Assembly: GCA_947601445.1 (NCBI GenBank)
Contig: CANQGD010000004.1
Location: 1,108-65,107 of the forward strand
Source: an uncultured Clostridia bacterium
Lineage (GTDB): Bacteria > Bacillota > Clostridia > Christensenellales > CAG-314
Reading direction: 5' to 3'
Length of the DNA stretch: 64,000 nucleotides
Shown here in pieces: positions 9,433 through 19,993 of this stretch. Each line of letters begins with the position of its first letter. Positions within the stretch are counted from its first letter, which is position 1. The notes under the pieces are model-generated. The model saw only the letters and a program-made list of their open reading frames with translations, searched no databases and was not told the origin of the DNA. The position numbers and the translations under genes were made by a program.

Positions 9433-10035
9433 ATGAAAAAAAAGACAGGTTTTTTTAAGTCCATAAAACAACGCGATCCCGCAGCTCGCAGTTCGTTGGA
9501 GATTTTTTTGCTCTATCCGGGAGTACATGCGTTGATTTGGTACAGGATAGCGCGCTTTTTTTACAAGATAAAGTTTAAATTTGTGGCGCGGTGGATTACG
9601 GAAATCACGCGCATACGCACCGGTATAGAAATTCATCCGGCGGCTACAATCGGTAAAAATTTATTTATAGATCACGGAATGGGCGTTGTAATCGGAGAAA
9701 CGTCCGTCGTTGGGGATAATTGTACCATATATCAGGGAGCAACGCTCGGCGGTACGGGAAAAGAACACAACAAGCGCCATCCCACTTTGAAAAACAACGT
9801 TGTCGTAGGAGCGGGCGCCAAGGTGTTGGGCAATATAACAATAGGCAACAATGTGAAGATAGGCGCAAACTCCGTTGTATTGAAAGACGTTCCGGACGAT
9901 TGCACGGTGGTCGGAGTGGGGCGTATCGTCAATGCCAAGCAAAAAGCGTCCGATTCCGCTTGCGAATCTTGTCCTAATTTCGACGAATGTTGCAACACAG
10001 TCAATGAAACCGATATTTGCGATGGCAACCGATAA
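9433..10035 (+). CDS. cysE: Serine O-acetyltransferase
   Basis: Hexapeptide-repeat acyltransferase carrying [41 protein letters not shown], characteristic of CysE. Confidence 0.85.
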   Translation: MKKKTGFFKSIKQRDPAARSSLEIFLLYPGVHALIWYRIARFFYKIKFKFVARWITEITRIRTGIEIHPAATIGKNLFIDHGMGVVIGETSVVGDNCTIYQGATLGGTGKEHNKRHPTLKNNVVVGAGAKVLGNITIGNNVKIGANSVVLKDVPDDCTVVGVGRIVNAKQKASDSACESCPNFDECCNTVNETDICDGNR

Positions 10036-10079
10036 AAGTTTCGTTCGCAGATTGGGGAATGTATAATAGGAGTGAGTAT

Positions 10080-10958
10080 ATGAAAATAAAAATCAGCGCA
10101 GACAGCACGGCAGACCTTTCCGAGGAAATGCTGCAACAGTACAATGTGGCGACAATGCCGCTGCATGTCAGTTTGGGAGAAAACGATTATCTCGACGGAG
10201 TAAATATCAAGCCCGAGGACATCTACAAGTACTACGCGGAAACAAAAAAACTTCCCAAATCCGGCGCGCGCAGCACCGAAGAATACAAGGAGTTTTTTGA
10301 AACATTGCTTAAAGAGGAAAATGACGCTGTGGTGCATTTTTGTATTTCAGCCGAAATGTCCGCATCATTTGCAAATGCGGAACTCGCAGCAAAAGCCTTT
10401 TCCAATGTGTTTGTCGTTGATAGTCGTCAGCTTTCCACCGGCATAGGATTGTTGGTATTGGACGCATGCGATATGGTTAAATGCGGACTGACCGCCCATC
10501 AAATTTACGATCGCGCAATGGCTCGCCGCGACGAATCCAAATCTTCTTTTATTGTAGATACTTTGGAATTTTTATACAAAGGCGGCAGATGTTCGGCATT
10601 GGCTTATCTGGGCGCAAATTTGTTGTCTATCAAACCCTGTTTGGAAGTGAAAAACGGTCTTATCGGCGTAGAGTCCAAACCTATGGGCAGATACCGTCGT
10701 TGTGTAGCCAAGTATTGCGAAAATATCCGTCAAAAAATTACCAATCCCGATCCGACGCGAGTATTTGTAACTCATACTAAAATGGACGAAGGTTTGGCGG
10801 AAGAAGTGATTGCAACCGTCAAGTCTTGGGGAATTTTCAACGAGATTCTGGAAACCACGGCGGGATGTACCGTAACTACCCACTGCGGTGCGAATACTAT
10901 CGGAATCTTGTATCTTAACGACGGACCGCAAACGACGCCGACTCCTTCTAAAGAGTAA
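10080..10958 (+). CDS. DegV-family fatty-acid-binding protein
   Basis: MKIKISADSTADL start is typical of DegV, and the length is typical at 292 aa. SD AGGAG lies upstream of ATG 10080. Confidence 0.85.
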   Translation: MKIKISADSTADLSEEMLQQYNVATMPLHVSLGENDYLDGVNIKPEDIYKYYAETKKLPKSGARSTEEYKEFFETLLKEENDAVVHFCISAEMSASFANAELAAKAFSNVFVVDSRQLSTGIGLLVLDACDMVKCGLTAHQIYDRAMARRDESKSSFIVDTLEFLYKGGRCSALAYLGANLLSIKPCLEVKNGLIGVESKPMGRYRRCVAKYCENIRQKITNPDPTRVFVTHTKMDEGLAEEVIATVKSWGIFNEILETTAGCTVTTHCGANTIGILYLNDGPQTTPTPSKE

Positions 10959-11017
10959 CAAATTGTATTTTTCCAAAGCTAAAAATTCGAATACATTTTG
11001 TTTGCAAAACAATGAAA

Positions 11018-11055
11018 ATAGTCTTCCGTCGCAATCGGAAGGCTATTTTGTGTTT
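11018..11055 (+). terminator. Intrinsic terminator after degV-family gene
   Basis: ATAGTCTTCCG-TCGCAAT-CGGAAGGCTAT followed by TTTGTGTTTT. Confidence 0.7.
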
Positions 11056-11517
11056 TAACTGGTTTTTCAATTGTACAATAATAATAAAGAGATAGTTCAT
11101 ATAAATTCTCCTCGCGTGTAATTGTTTTGTTCCAACTACCATTATACCAGAGATTTATATGAACTTCTTTTTTTCTTCAAGTGTTGCACTTGTCTGACTT
11201 TCGGGAATGGAAACATTTACGTAACGTCGGCTGATTCGGTAAATTTCAACAAACACGCAGTTAAATATCGGAAAAATATCGATTTGCAGAAAAAATCCAT
11301 TTAATTTAATCAAATATTTGCTTTTATGGAATGTAGACCGTTTTAATGATACGTCAGTTATCCACCCGTTTATCGAAATATTTCGAACGAAGTGTTTATA
11401 AAGACAAATATTTTACTTGAAAATAGTTGCAAACGTGTTTGTATATATTAGAGATATTTTGTAACGTGAAATAAAACCGTATAACATAGGTTTGTGCTTG
11501 CGCTCATATAATTTTAT

Positions 11518-11985
11518 ATGTTCAAAGTAACTTTGAAAAGCATTGCGACGGCGTTGTCTGTTTTGGCGGCAATTATATTGATTTTAACGGCAGTAGACGG
11601 AGTTAAAAACGTAAATCAAACATTGGACGATACTTATATCAAAGTAACGGTGGTAGACCTTGACGGCTTGCCGATACACAATGCGAATGTAAGTGTGGGC
11701 GGTCAAAGTTTTTTTACCGACAATAAAGGTGTATCTCCATCCATTGAATTATCCGATTTACACAATGCATATGACAATTCTCTGTCCGATTGGAGTACCG
11801 TAACTGTAAAAATAACCAAAGAAGGTTATGTACCGACATTTGTTTTTAATTGCATAGTTTTTCACTGTGAAACGCGCAATCTTACCGTTAAAATATATCC
11901 GCGCGACGGTTCCGATCTTCCGTATGTAAATTATGTCGAATCTCCTCCGGAAGATTATATTCGGAGTTTGCTGAAAGAAAACTAA
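11518..11985 (+). CDS. Membrane-anchored protein with carboxypeptidase-regulatory-like beta-sandwich segment
   Basis: It has an N-terminal TM. The IKVTVVDLDGLPIHNANVSVGGQSFFTDNKG pattern is typical of CarboxypepD_reg-like domains. There is no SD, and a TATAAT sits 5 nt upstream of the ATG. Confidence 0.5.
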   Translation: MFKVTLKSIATALSVLAAIILILTAVDGVKNVNQTLDDTYIKVTVVDLDGLPIHNANVSVGGQSFFTDNKGVSPSIELSDLHNAYDNSLSDWSTVTVKITKEGYVPTFVFNCIVFHCETRNLTVKIYPRDGSDLPYVNYVESPPEDYIRSLLKEN

Positions 11986-12286
11986 TTGATTGTTTTTTTT
12001 AATGGCGGCAGTGCGGTAGTGCAAATATTTACTTGATTACTAATAAATTCGCGTTATTTAATAATACTATTTCAGACATAGTATAAAATTATGCGATATT
12101 GATATTTCGTATATGTCATATTTTGGTGTTTTTATAGTCTTTTTTGAAAGTTAAAGAAAGCAAATCTATCTTATGATTTTATTTTATTTTTTTGCCTTGC
12201 AACAGTACACAACCACAGTAATTTATGATAGAATTATAAATATAAATAAAAAGGCATTTATTTGAGCGGAATCGGGGTGGCAAAGT

Positions 12287-14695
12287 ATGGACGGTGGAAG
12301 CATTGTAAAACAATTGACAACAAATCAAAAAATGCTGTTGACGCACGGTAAAGGAGCTTGGCACACCAATCCGGTAAATAAGCTTCCTGCCATAATGATG
12401 ACGGACGGTCCTCACGGACTGAGAAAACAATCCGATTCAAACAACGGAATAAACGATAGTAAACGCGCAACTTGTTTTCCGACGGCAAGCGCTATCGCAA
12501 CGTCTTGGAATAGAGCTAACGCCGCGGCTGTGGCGGAAGCCGTTTCCGAAGAAGCGATTGCAGAGGGAGTATCGCTTGTGCTCGGACCGGGAATAAATAT
12601 CAAACGCAGTCCGTTGTGCGGACGCAATTTCGAATATTATTCGGAAGACCCGCTTTTGGCAGGCGAATTGGCGGCGAGTTTTGTTTCGGCAATGCAATCC
12701 AACGGAGTGGGATGCTGCGTCAAACACTTTGCGGTAAATTCGCAAGAAACGGATCGGATGACCGTCAACTCGATTGTTGATGAAAGAGCTTTGCGAGAAA
12801 TTTACTTATCGGCATTCGAGAAAACGGTAAGGCAATCCAAGCCGTGGGCAGTCATGGCGGCGTATAACAAACTGAACGGAGAAAGCTGTTCGCAAAACAA
12901 GCGACTTTTAACGGATATTCTGCGTGATGAATGGGGATTTGACGGTGCCATTATTTCCGATTGGGGCGCAAGCTACGATATGGCAAAGTCTTATTCCGCC
13001 GGCATGGACTTGGAAATGCCCGACGGCGGTAAATTTCACGAAAGAAAAACTTTGCAGGCGTTGGAGCGCGGCACGCTTCTCGAAAGCGACTTGGACAGAG
13101 CGGCGACAAATGTCGCAAATCTTGTTTTAAAGTGTGTTTCCTCTAAAAAAGTTCAAACCGTCGATTATGAAAAGCATCGCCTGCTTTGTCGTAAATTGGC
13201 GGCAGACAGCGCAGTTTTGCTCAAAAATCAAGGCATATTGCCCCTTCGTAAGGATAGGCATGTATTGGTGGTGGGTGAACTTGCGGAGAAGCCTCGTTTT
13301 CAGGGTGCCGGCAGCAGTCACGTCAACGCCGTATGCAAGAGTTTTTTGGACGTATTGAAAGAAAACGGCATAGATTACACCTATACGAAAGGGTACACGT
13401 TATACGGTGAAACAAGCGAGCAATTGGAGTTTGATGCGGCGAGATTGGCTTTAAAATACGATACCGTGCTGTTTTTCGGCGGGCTGACGGATTTTGCGGA
13501 ATGTGAAGGCTACGATCGTGACAGTTTGGACATACCGGATAATCAGCGCAGCGTGTTAAACGCTGTTACGCAGCACAATCCCAACGTGGTATTTGTAGCA
13601 TGCGGTGGTTCTCCTTTTGCCACGCCTTGGATAAATCAGGTAAAAGCGTTGTTGAATATGTATTTGGGCGGGGAAGCCGTTACCGAGGCCGCGTTCGATT
13701 TGCTGTTCGGAAACGTATCTCCGAGCGGGCGTTTGGCGGAAACTTACCCATTGCGTATCGAGGACACCCCCTGTTACCGTTATTTTGCCACACCTAACAG
13801 ATTGGCGGAATATCGCGAAAGCATTTATGTGGGTTATCGGTACTACAATACTTTCGATGTCCCCGTTCAGTTTCCGTTTGGGTATGGCTTGTCCTATTCG
13901 GTATTTACTTACTCAAACCTTCGCGTAGAAAAAACGGCAAACGGATACGACGTGACCGTGACTGTAAAAAACATCGGCACTATGGCGGCGAGCGAAGTGG
14001 TTGAGGTGTATGTTGATAGCAATGACTGCGGATTTATGCGTTCAAAGCGCAGGCTTGCCGGTTTTGAAAAAGTACATATAGAAAGCGGTGCCGCAACAGA
14101 CGTGACCGTACATTTGGATATGCGTGCTTTCGAAATTTATTGCAACGGAGCGTTTCATACGGTTGGCGGCAAATACAAAATTTCCGTATGCAAGGACGTG
14201 GAACACGTTATACTCAATCAATTGGTAGAGGTGGAAGGAGAAACGCTGCGCGGAACGGACAGAAAGAAATATCCCACCTATTACGAGCGGCGCGCGCAAT
14301 TGAAAAAGGGTATGCAGGACAATCCCAACCGAGAACCTTGGGATATTGACGAAAGTCAATTTTATGCTTTGGTAAATACAACAAAGCAACAATATGTTCC
14401 GCCGCAACGAGATTTTACTTTGATGTCTACGTTGGAAGAAATGGCGCCCTATTCGCGATTGGTACGCACACTTTTGCGACATGTGAAAAAATATTCCGTC
14501 AAACATTCGCCAAGTAAGAGCGACGCTGATCCCGTGGCAAAAATGACTTATATTTCCGCATGCACAACGCCGTTGATTTCCGTTATGAGTGTAGGCGGTA
14601 TCAAGGCGAAATATGTGATGTTTATACTTTACAGCGCCAATAAAAAGCGCGGAAAGGCATTGGCTGCACTGCGCGGAAAATACGAAATAGAATGA
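12287..14695 (+). CDS. Glycoside hydrolase family 3 beta-glucosidase
   Basis: GH3 N-terminal motifs MTDGPHGLRK and GAIISDWGA (nucleophile Asp) are present. It also has the C-terminal alpha/beta and FnIII-like domains. Length is 802 aa. Confidence 0.9.
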   Translation: MDGGSIVKQLTTNQKMLLTHGKGAWHTNPVNKLPAIMMTDGPHGLRKQSDSNNGINDSKRATCFPTASAIATSWNRANAAAVAEAVSEEAIAEGVSLVLGPGINIKRSPLCGRNFEYYSEDPLLAGELAASFVSAMQSNGVGCCVKHFAVNSQETDRMTVNSIVDERALREIYLSAFEKTVRQSKPWAVMAAYNKLNGESCSQNKRLLTDILRDEWGFDGAIISDWGASYDMAKSYSAGMDLEMPDGGKFHERKTLQALERGTLLESDLDRAATNVANLVLKCVSSKKVQTVDYEKHRLLCRKLAADSAVLLKNQGILPLRKDRHVLVVGELAEKPRFQGAGSSHVNAVCKSFLDVLKENGIDYTYTKGYTLYGETSEQLEFDAARLALKYDTVLFFGGLTDFAECEGYDRDSLDIPDNQRSVLNAVTQHNPNVVFVACGGSPFATPWINQVKALLNMYLGGEAVTEAAFDLLFGNVSPSGRLAETYPLRIEDTPCYRYFATPNRLAEYRESIYVGYRYYNTFDVPVQFPFGYGLSYSVFTYSNLRVEKTANGYDVTVTVKNIGTMAASEVVEVYVDSNDCGFMRSKRRLAGFEKVHIESGAATDVTVHLDMRAFEIYCNGAFHTVGGKYKISVCKDVEHVILNQLVEVEGETLRGTDRKKYPTYYERRAQLKKGMQDNPNREPWDIDESQFYALVNTTKQQYVPPQRDFTLMSTLEEMAPYSRLVRTLLRHVKKYSVKHSPSKSDADPVAKMTYISACTTPLISVMSVGGIKAKYVMFILYSANKKRGKALAALRGKYEIE

Positions 14696-14719
14696 AAAAC
14701 CGTTTTTGAGGAGAAATTT

Positions 14720-16114
14720 ATGAGTATCACTGTAAACTACAACAATATGATGCAACATGCGCTTGGCGAAAGAGGAATTTCCGACGCCGAGTTGAAAGAA
14801 TACGATATTATTGCTCAAAGCGCACATTTTCAAGTAGAGGCGGGCAGAGGTCGCGGTATGCAGGGGTGGATGGACAGTCCCTACGATCAGGCAGAGGTCG
14901 TCAAGGCAATTAAAGCGTCCGCTTCACGCATACGCAAGAGGTTTGAAAACTTTGTGGTATTGGGAATCGGCGGTTCTGCGCTCGGTCCCATTGCGGTTTT
15001 TACGGCGCTCAAACATTATTATTACAACGAATTGCCCAAAAAACTTCGCAAAGGTCCGCGTTTCTATGTCGTGGACAATGTTGACCCCGAACGAATGAAC
15101 GCGTTGTTCGATGTAATCAACGTGGAAAAAACCGCTTTCAACGTGATTACCAAATCGGGCGCCACAAGCGAAACCATGAGCCAATATCTTATAATAATCG
15201 ATATGCTCAAAAAAAAGTTGGGCGACAAAGCGCACGAGCATATAATTGCCACCACAAGCGAAAACAAGGGCAATCTGATCAAGTTGGCTCGGCAGGAAGG
15301 ATTTGAAACGTTTACGATTCCCGGACGTGTGGGCGGAAGGTTTTCCGAGTTGAGTCCGGTGGGACTGTTGCCCGCGGCAGTAGTGGGTATAGATATTTCC
15401 AAGATGCTGAAAGGCGCCAGGGATATGGATCGCAAATGCAAATCCAAATATCTCGTCAAAAATCCCGCTTTGGCGCTTGCCACATTGCAATATATTTCTA
15501 TGAAACACGGCAAGAACATCAGCGTTATGATGCCCTATGCCGACAGTCTCAAATACATTGCCGATTGGTATGCGCAATTATGGGCGGAATCTTTGGGCAA
15601 AGAAACGGACAAACACGGCAATACTGTCAATGTCGGTCAAACTCCCGTAAAGGCATTGGGCGTTACGGATCAGCACAGCCAAGTACAACTGTACAACGAA
15701 GGCCCTTACGACAAGGTTATTACGTTTTTGGAAGTGGGAAACTTCCGCAGTGACGTTACGATTCCCGAGGGGTGCGAAGATTTTCCCGACGTTAATTTTC
15801 TTTGCGGACACACTCTTTCCGAGCTGATGACCAACGAACTGCACGCAACGCGCTACAACCTTACTCGTCGCGGCAGGGCAAACTACACAATATATATGGA
15901 TGCGATAGACGCTTATCATATAGGCGGACTGCTGTATTTGTTACAAATGCAAACGGCATATACGGGTGCAATGTTGGAAATCGACGCATACAACCAACCG
16001 GGAGTAGAGGGCGGAAAGGACGCCGCTTATGCATTGTTCGGAAGAAAAGGCTATGAAGAAAAGGCAGAAGAAATGCGTTCATTCAAACCGGACAGCGATA
16101 AATATATCATTTGA
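14720..16114 (+). CDS. pgi: Glucose-6-phosphate isomerase
   Basis: Firmicute-type PGI of ~450 aa with LGIGGSALGP, KSGATSET and the C-terminal isomerase region. SD is GAGGAG. Confidence 0.9.
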   Translation: MSITVNYNNMMQHALGERGISDAELKEYDIIAQSAHFQVEAGRGRGMQGWMDSPYDQAEVVKAIKASASRIRKRFENFVVLGIGGSALGPIAVFTALKHYYYNELPKKLRKGPRFYVVDNVDPERMNALFDVINVEKTAFNVITKSGATSETMSQYLIIIDMLKKKLGDKAHEHIIATTSENKGNLIKLARQEGFETFTIPGRVGGRFSELSPVGLLPAAVVGIDISKMLKGARDMDRKCKSKYLVKNPALALATLQYISMKHGKNISVMMPYADSLKYIADWYAQLWAESLGKETDKHGNTVNVGQTPVKALGVTDQHSQVQLYNEGPYDKVITFLEVGNFRSDVTIPEGCEDFPDVNFLCGHTLSELMTNELHATRYNLTRRGRANYTIYMDAIDAYHIGGLLYLLQMQTAYTGAMLEIDAYNQPGVEGGKDAAYALFGRKGYEEKAEEMRSFKPDSDKYII

Positions 16115-16125
16115 CAGGAGACAAA

Positions 16126-17367
16126 ATGTTACCTAAAACACCGGCAAAGGGCATGAGAGACTTTTTGCCCAAGGAATTTTCTTTAAGACAGCAAATTTTA
16201 ACGACTATACAAAGAACCTACGAGAGTTTCGGCTTTACGCGTATAGAAACTCCCGCTGTGGAAAATATCGAATTGCTTACATCCAAGCAGGGCGGAGACA
16301 ACGAAAAACTTATTTTCAAAATCTTGAAAAGGGGAGAAAAACTCAATTCCGCCGAAAATGGGGAATTGTGCGATTTGGGACTCAGGTATGACCTGACGGT
16401 TCCCCTTGCCCGTTTTTACTCTAACAATGTCGGGCAACTTCCGGGCGTTTTCAAGGCGATACAAATGGATAATGTCTGGCGTGCCGACCGTCCGCAACGG
16501 GGCAGATACCGTCAATTTATGCAGTGCGATATAGATATTATCGGCGAACAGAGCAACTTGGCGGAAATCGAACTTATTACCGCAACAATGCAAACGTTGA
16601 GCAACCTCGGCTTGGATAACGTAACCGTTCGAATATCGGACAGACGGTTGCTAAACGCTCTTGTGGAGCGCTGCGGATTTGAAGAAGAACAAAAGTCCTC
16701 CGTATTTATCGCATTGGACAAGTTGGACAAGATCGGCGTTACGGGGGTTATGCAGGAGGTTGAAGCGATTGCTCCGGGCAAAGCGGTGGAATTCGTCAAC
16801 CTCATCAATCGTATAACGTCCTCACCCGATCCTTTCCGTCGTTGTACGGAGGAACTGGGCGATTATCTGCCGCAAGAGGTCAAACAAAATCTCGAAGAAA
16901 TTTTGTATGTTACGGGTAAAACCGTAAAAAACGGCAATGTGGTTTTCGATGTAACGTTGGTAAGAGGCATGGGATACTACACGGGCACGATTTACGAACT
17001 TTCCGTCAGCGGATTGGGTATTTCGGTAGGCGGCGGCGGACGATATGACAAAATGATCGGCAAATTGACGGGACAGGATGTTCCCGCTTGCGGATTTAGC
17101 ATCGGATTCGAACGCATTGCTTTGTTGTTGTCCGAGCGTAATATGCAAAACACCGTCAATCGAGGCGCCGCAGTTCTTGTAGACAAAAATATCGAACCCG
17201 ATGGGATCGTCGCTGTTATGGAGTCTTGCCGCAATGTTCGTCAAAACTCAAATGTCACTCTTCTCAAAAAAATCAAAAATTTCAATTTCCAAATCAAGCA
17301 GTTGAAAGAACAAGGTTACGAGTCGATATACGAATATAAAAACGGAGCTTTCAACAAAATAGACTGA
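16126..17367 (+). CDS. hisS: Histidine--tRNA ligase
   Basis: GMRDFLP, class II motifs (RYRQFMQCDIDIIG, GGGGRYD) and a C-terminal anticodon-binding domain. ATG 16126 follows SD CAGGAG. Confidence 0.9.
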   Translation: MLPKTPAKGMRDFLPKEFSLRQQILTTIQRTYESFGFTRIETPAVENIELLTSKQGGDNEKLIFKILKRGEKLNSAENGELCDLGLRYDLTVPLARFYSNNVGQLPGVFKAIQMDNVWRADRPQRGRYRQFMQCDIDIIGEQSNLAEIELITATMQTLSNLGLDNVTVRISDRRLLNALVERCGFEEEQKSSVFIALDKLDKIGVTGVMQEVEAIAPGKAVEFVNLINRITSSPDPFRRCTEELGDYLPQEVKQNLEEILYVTGKTVKNGNVVFDVTLVRGMGYYTGTIYELSVSGLGISVGGGGRYDKMIGKLTGQDVPACGFSIGFERIALLLSERNMQNTVNRGAAVLVDKNIEPDGIVAVMESCRNVRQNSNVTLLKKIKNFNFQIKQLKEQGYESIYEYKNGAFNKID

Positions 17368-17369
17368 AT

Positions 17370-19928
17370 ATGAACGAAACAACCAAAAAGCGTAGCAAGC
17401 GCATAAAACTTCCGGCGGATTTGAATGGAGTGGAACGTTTCGAGCCGTCAGTTGAACAAGGTCTCACCGATCAACAAGTTGATGTGCGCAAAGAACAGGG
17501 ATTTATAAATGTCGACACGACTAAAAAAGGTAAAAGTATTCCGAGAATAATTTTTTCGAATATATTTACTTTTTTCAATGTGTTGTATATAGTGATTGCG
17601 ACCATCCTTTGCATTTACGGATTATGGACGCAGTGTACTTTTATTCCCGTTGTGCTTTCCAATACGGCAATTGCGATAGTGCAGGAAATAAAATCCAAAT
17701 TGACGCTTGACAAACTCAATCTTATCACTGAACCGCACATAAAAGTCAGACGCAACGGCGCCGACGCGGATATTACAGTTACCGAATTGGTTTTGGACGA
17801 CGTATTCAGCGTCTCCGGCGGTGAGCAAATTTCGGCAGACAGTGTGGTTTTGGATGGATATGTAGAAGTAAACGAAGCAATACTGACGGGTGAAAGCGAC
17901 GCCGTTATCAAACGTAAGGGCGATACCTTGTACGCCGGCAGTTTTGTGGTATCCGGCAATTGTGTGGCTCGCGTTGAAGCAATCGGAAAGTACAATTACA
18001 TCGCCAAATTGACGGGACGTGCCCGTCAGTATCAAAAACCGCGTTCGCAGATGCTTAAAGCTCTCAACGGTATTCTGATATTTGTGGCGCTTGTTATTGT
18101 ACCTATGACAATATGCCTTTTCATGGTAAACGCCGCTGCCAACAACTATACCGATTGGACGGAATTTACATTGGCGGATTTATACGGAAAGCAACTGAAT
18201 TCTGCCCTTAACTATACGGCGGGGTCCATTATTTCTATGATACCGGCAGGTCCGTTTTTGTTGACAAGCATTGCTCTTGCGGCGTCATTTTTACGTCTTG
18301 CCAAAAACAAAACCATGGTGCAGGAATTGTACTGCATAGAAATGTTGGCGCGCGTTGACACGCTTTGTTTGGATAAAACCGGCACAATAACAGACGGGAC
18401 CATGCGCGTAATCGAAGGTATAGATTTACGTTCGAGCGGCGGACAATATACGTTGAGAGAAATTGTTTCGAGTTTGAATGTGGCGTTAAAAGCGGACAAT
18501 ATGACCAGCAAGGCTCTGAAAAAGTATTTCGGTTCCCCAAAAAAGCCGACTCTCGAAGCGGCGACGGTAATACCGTTTTCGTCTCAACGCAAGCTTTCGG
18601 CGGTCACATTCAAAACGGGAGGTACCTATTTGTTGGGCGCCCCCGAATTTGTACTTAAAACAGGAAACGAACGAGTAAATGAATTGGTAACCAAGTATAC
18701 TCAAGAAGGAATGCGCGTACTGCTGTTGGCACATTCGCCCACGGCTATCTACAACAATACTTTGCCGCAAACGCGCAGACCTATCGCGTTGATAGTTATC
18801 GAGGATCATATTCGTTCTGACGCCAAGGATACTATCGAGTGGTTCCGCAAGAACGACGTAAAAATAAAAGTAATAAGCGGCGACAATCCGATAACCGTAT
18901 CCAATATCGCAATGCGTGTCGGCGTTGAAAATGCCGATAGATATATCAGCCTCGAAGGCATGACGGAAGAACAGGTAAAGAGTATTGCAACGCAGTATAC
19001 CGTTTTCGGACGAGTTTCACCCGATCAAAAGGCAATTTTGGTGCGCGCTTTCAAGGCGGATGGCGCAACTGTCGCAATGACGGGGGACGGAGTAAACGAT
19101 ATATTGGCTATGAAAGAATCGGATTGTTCCATTTCGCTTGCAGGCGGAAGCGACGCCGCGAGACAGGTCTCTCACCTCGTATTGATGGATGACAGTTTCG
19201 GCAATTTGCCCAAGGTTGTTGCCGAAGGTCGCCGAGTAGTAAACAATATTCAAAGCGCCACGTCCATGTATTTCATGAAAACGCTGTATGTTATAGTTAT
19301 CAACATTTTGTTGGTAATTTTGCATTTCGGTTTTGACAAAACAATGCAATCGCCTCTTACCAACCGAAGCGTGATGCTGATGGATTGGGTCATAGTTGCT
19401 TTGCCCACTACATTTTTGGCATTGCAGCCAAACGAAAAGTTGATAAAAGGCAATTTCTTCGCTAACGTTCTCAAACGTTGTATGCCAGCGTCGTTGACAT
19501 TTATAGTTACAACCGTGACTCTCTATGTAATACATGCCACGGACACGTTGCTGTTTCCGCTTGTGCCGGCGGATCAACTTGCTACTCTTGTTACGATCAC
19601 CTATACGTTCGGAGGTCTGTTTGCGCTGTTTTATGCGTGCCGTCCTTTTAACAAGTGGAAAATAGCAATGTATTTGGGTATTTGGGCAATAGTAATATTA
19701 TGTTTTTCGGTACCGTTCCTTTATACAATGTTGGATTACGGTCCGCTCAAAAGAGAGCAGACTTTGTTGCTGATTGCCGAGATACTTGCAACTCCTTTTG
19801 TGTTGACGGCATTTATGTGGGTTTTCGACAGGGCAAAGACGCCTGTTTTGCACGGCAAATTGCCGCCGTCGACAAAGAAAACCGGCATCTCCGAAAAGAC
19901 AACAAATAAAATTACCGGGAAAAAATAA
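17370..19928 (+). CDS. Cation-translocating P-type ATPase (type II-like, specificity unknown)
   Basis: TGES, DKTGTIT and GDGVNDILAM motifs with 10 predicted TM segments. It has no metal-binding CPC motif. Confidence 0.85.
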   Translation: MNETTKKRSKRIKLPADLNGVERFEPSVEQGLTDQQVDVRKEQGFINVDTTKKGKSIPRIIFSNIFTFFNVLYIVIATILCIYGLWTQCTFIPVVLSNTAIAIVQEIKSKLTLDKLNLITEPHIKVRRNGADADITVTELVLDDVFSVSGGEQISADSVVLDGYVEVNEAILTGESDAVIKRKGDTLYAGSFVVSGNCVARVEAIGKYNYIAKLTGRARQYQKPRSQMLKALNGILIFVALVIVPMTICLFMVNAAANNYTDWTEFTLADLYGKQLNSALNYTAGSIISMIPAGPFLLTSIALAASFLRLAKNKTMVQELYCIEMLARVDTLCLDKTGTITDGTMRVIEGIDLRSSGGQYTLREIVSSLNVALKADNMTSKALKKYFGSPKKPTLEAATVIPFSSQRKLSAVTFKTGGTYLLGAPEFVLKTGNERVNELVTKYTQEGMRVLLLAHSPTAIYNNTLPQTRRPIALIVIEDHIRSDAKDTIEWFRKNDVKIKVISGDNPITVSNIAMRVGVENADRYISLEGMTEEQVKSIATQYTVFGRVSPDQKAILVRAFKADGATVAMTGDGVNDILAMKESDCSISLAGGSDAARQVSHLVLMDDSFGNLPKVVAEGRRVVNNIQSATSMYFMKTLYVIVINILLVILHFGFDKTMQSPLTNRSVMLMDWVIVALPTTFLALQPNEKLIKGNFFANVLKRCMPASLTFIVTTVTLYVIHATDTLLFPLVPADQLATLVTITYTFGGLFALFYACRPFNKWKIAMYLGIWAIVILCFSVPFLYTMLDYGPLKREQTLLLIAEILATPFVLTAFMWVFDRAKTPVLHGKLPPSTKKTGISEKTTNKITGKK

Positions 19929-19993
19929 TTTAATATTTTTACTGCGTTTTGGCGGCTTTTGCCGTCAAAATTGCTATATGAGGAAAAGCGTGT

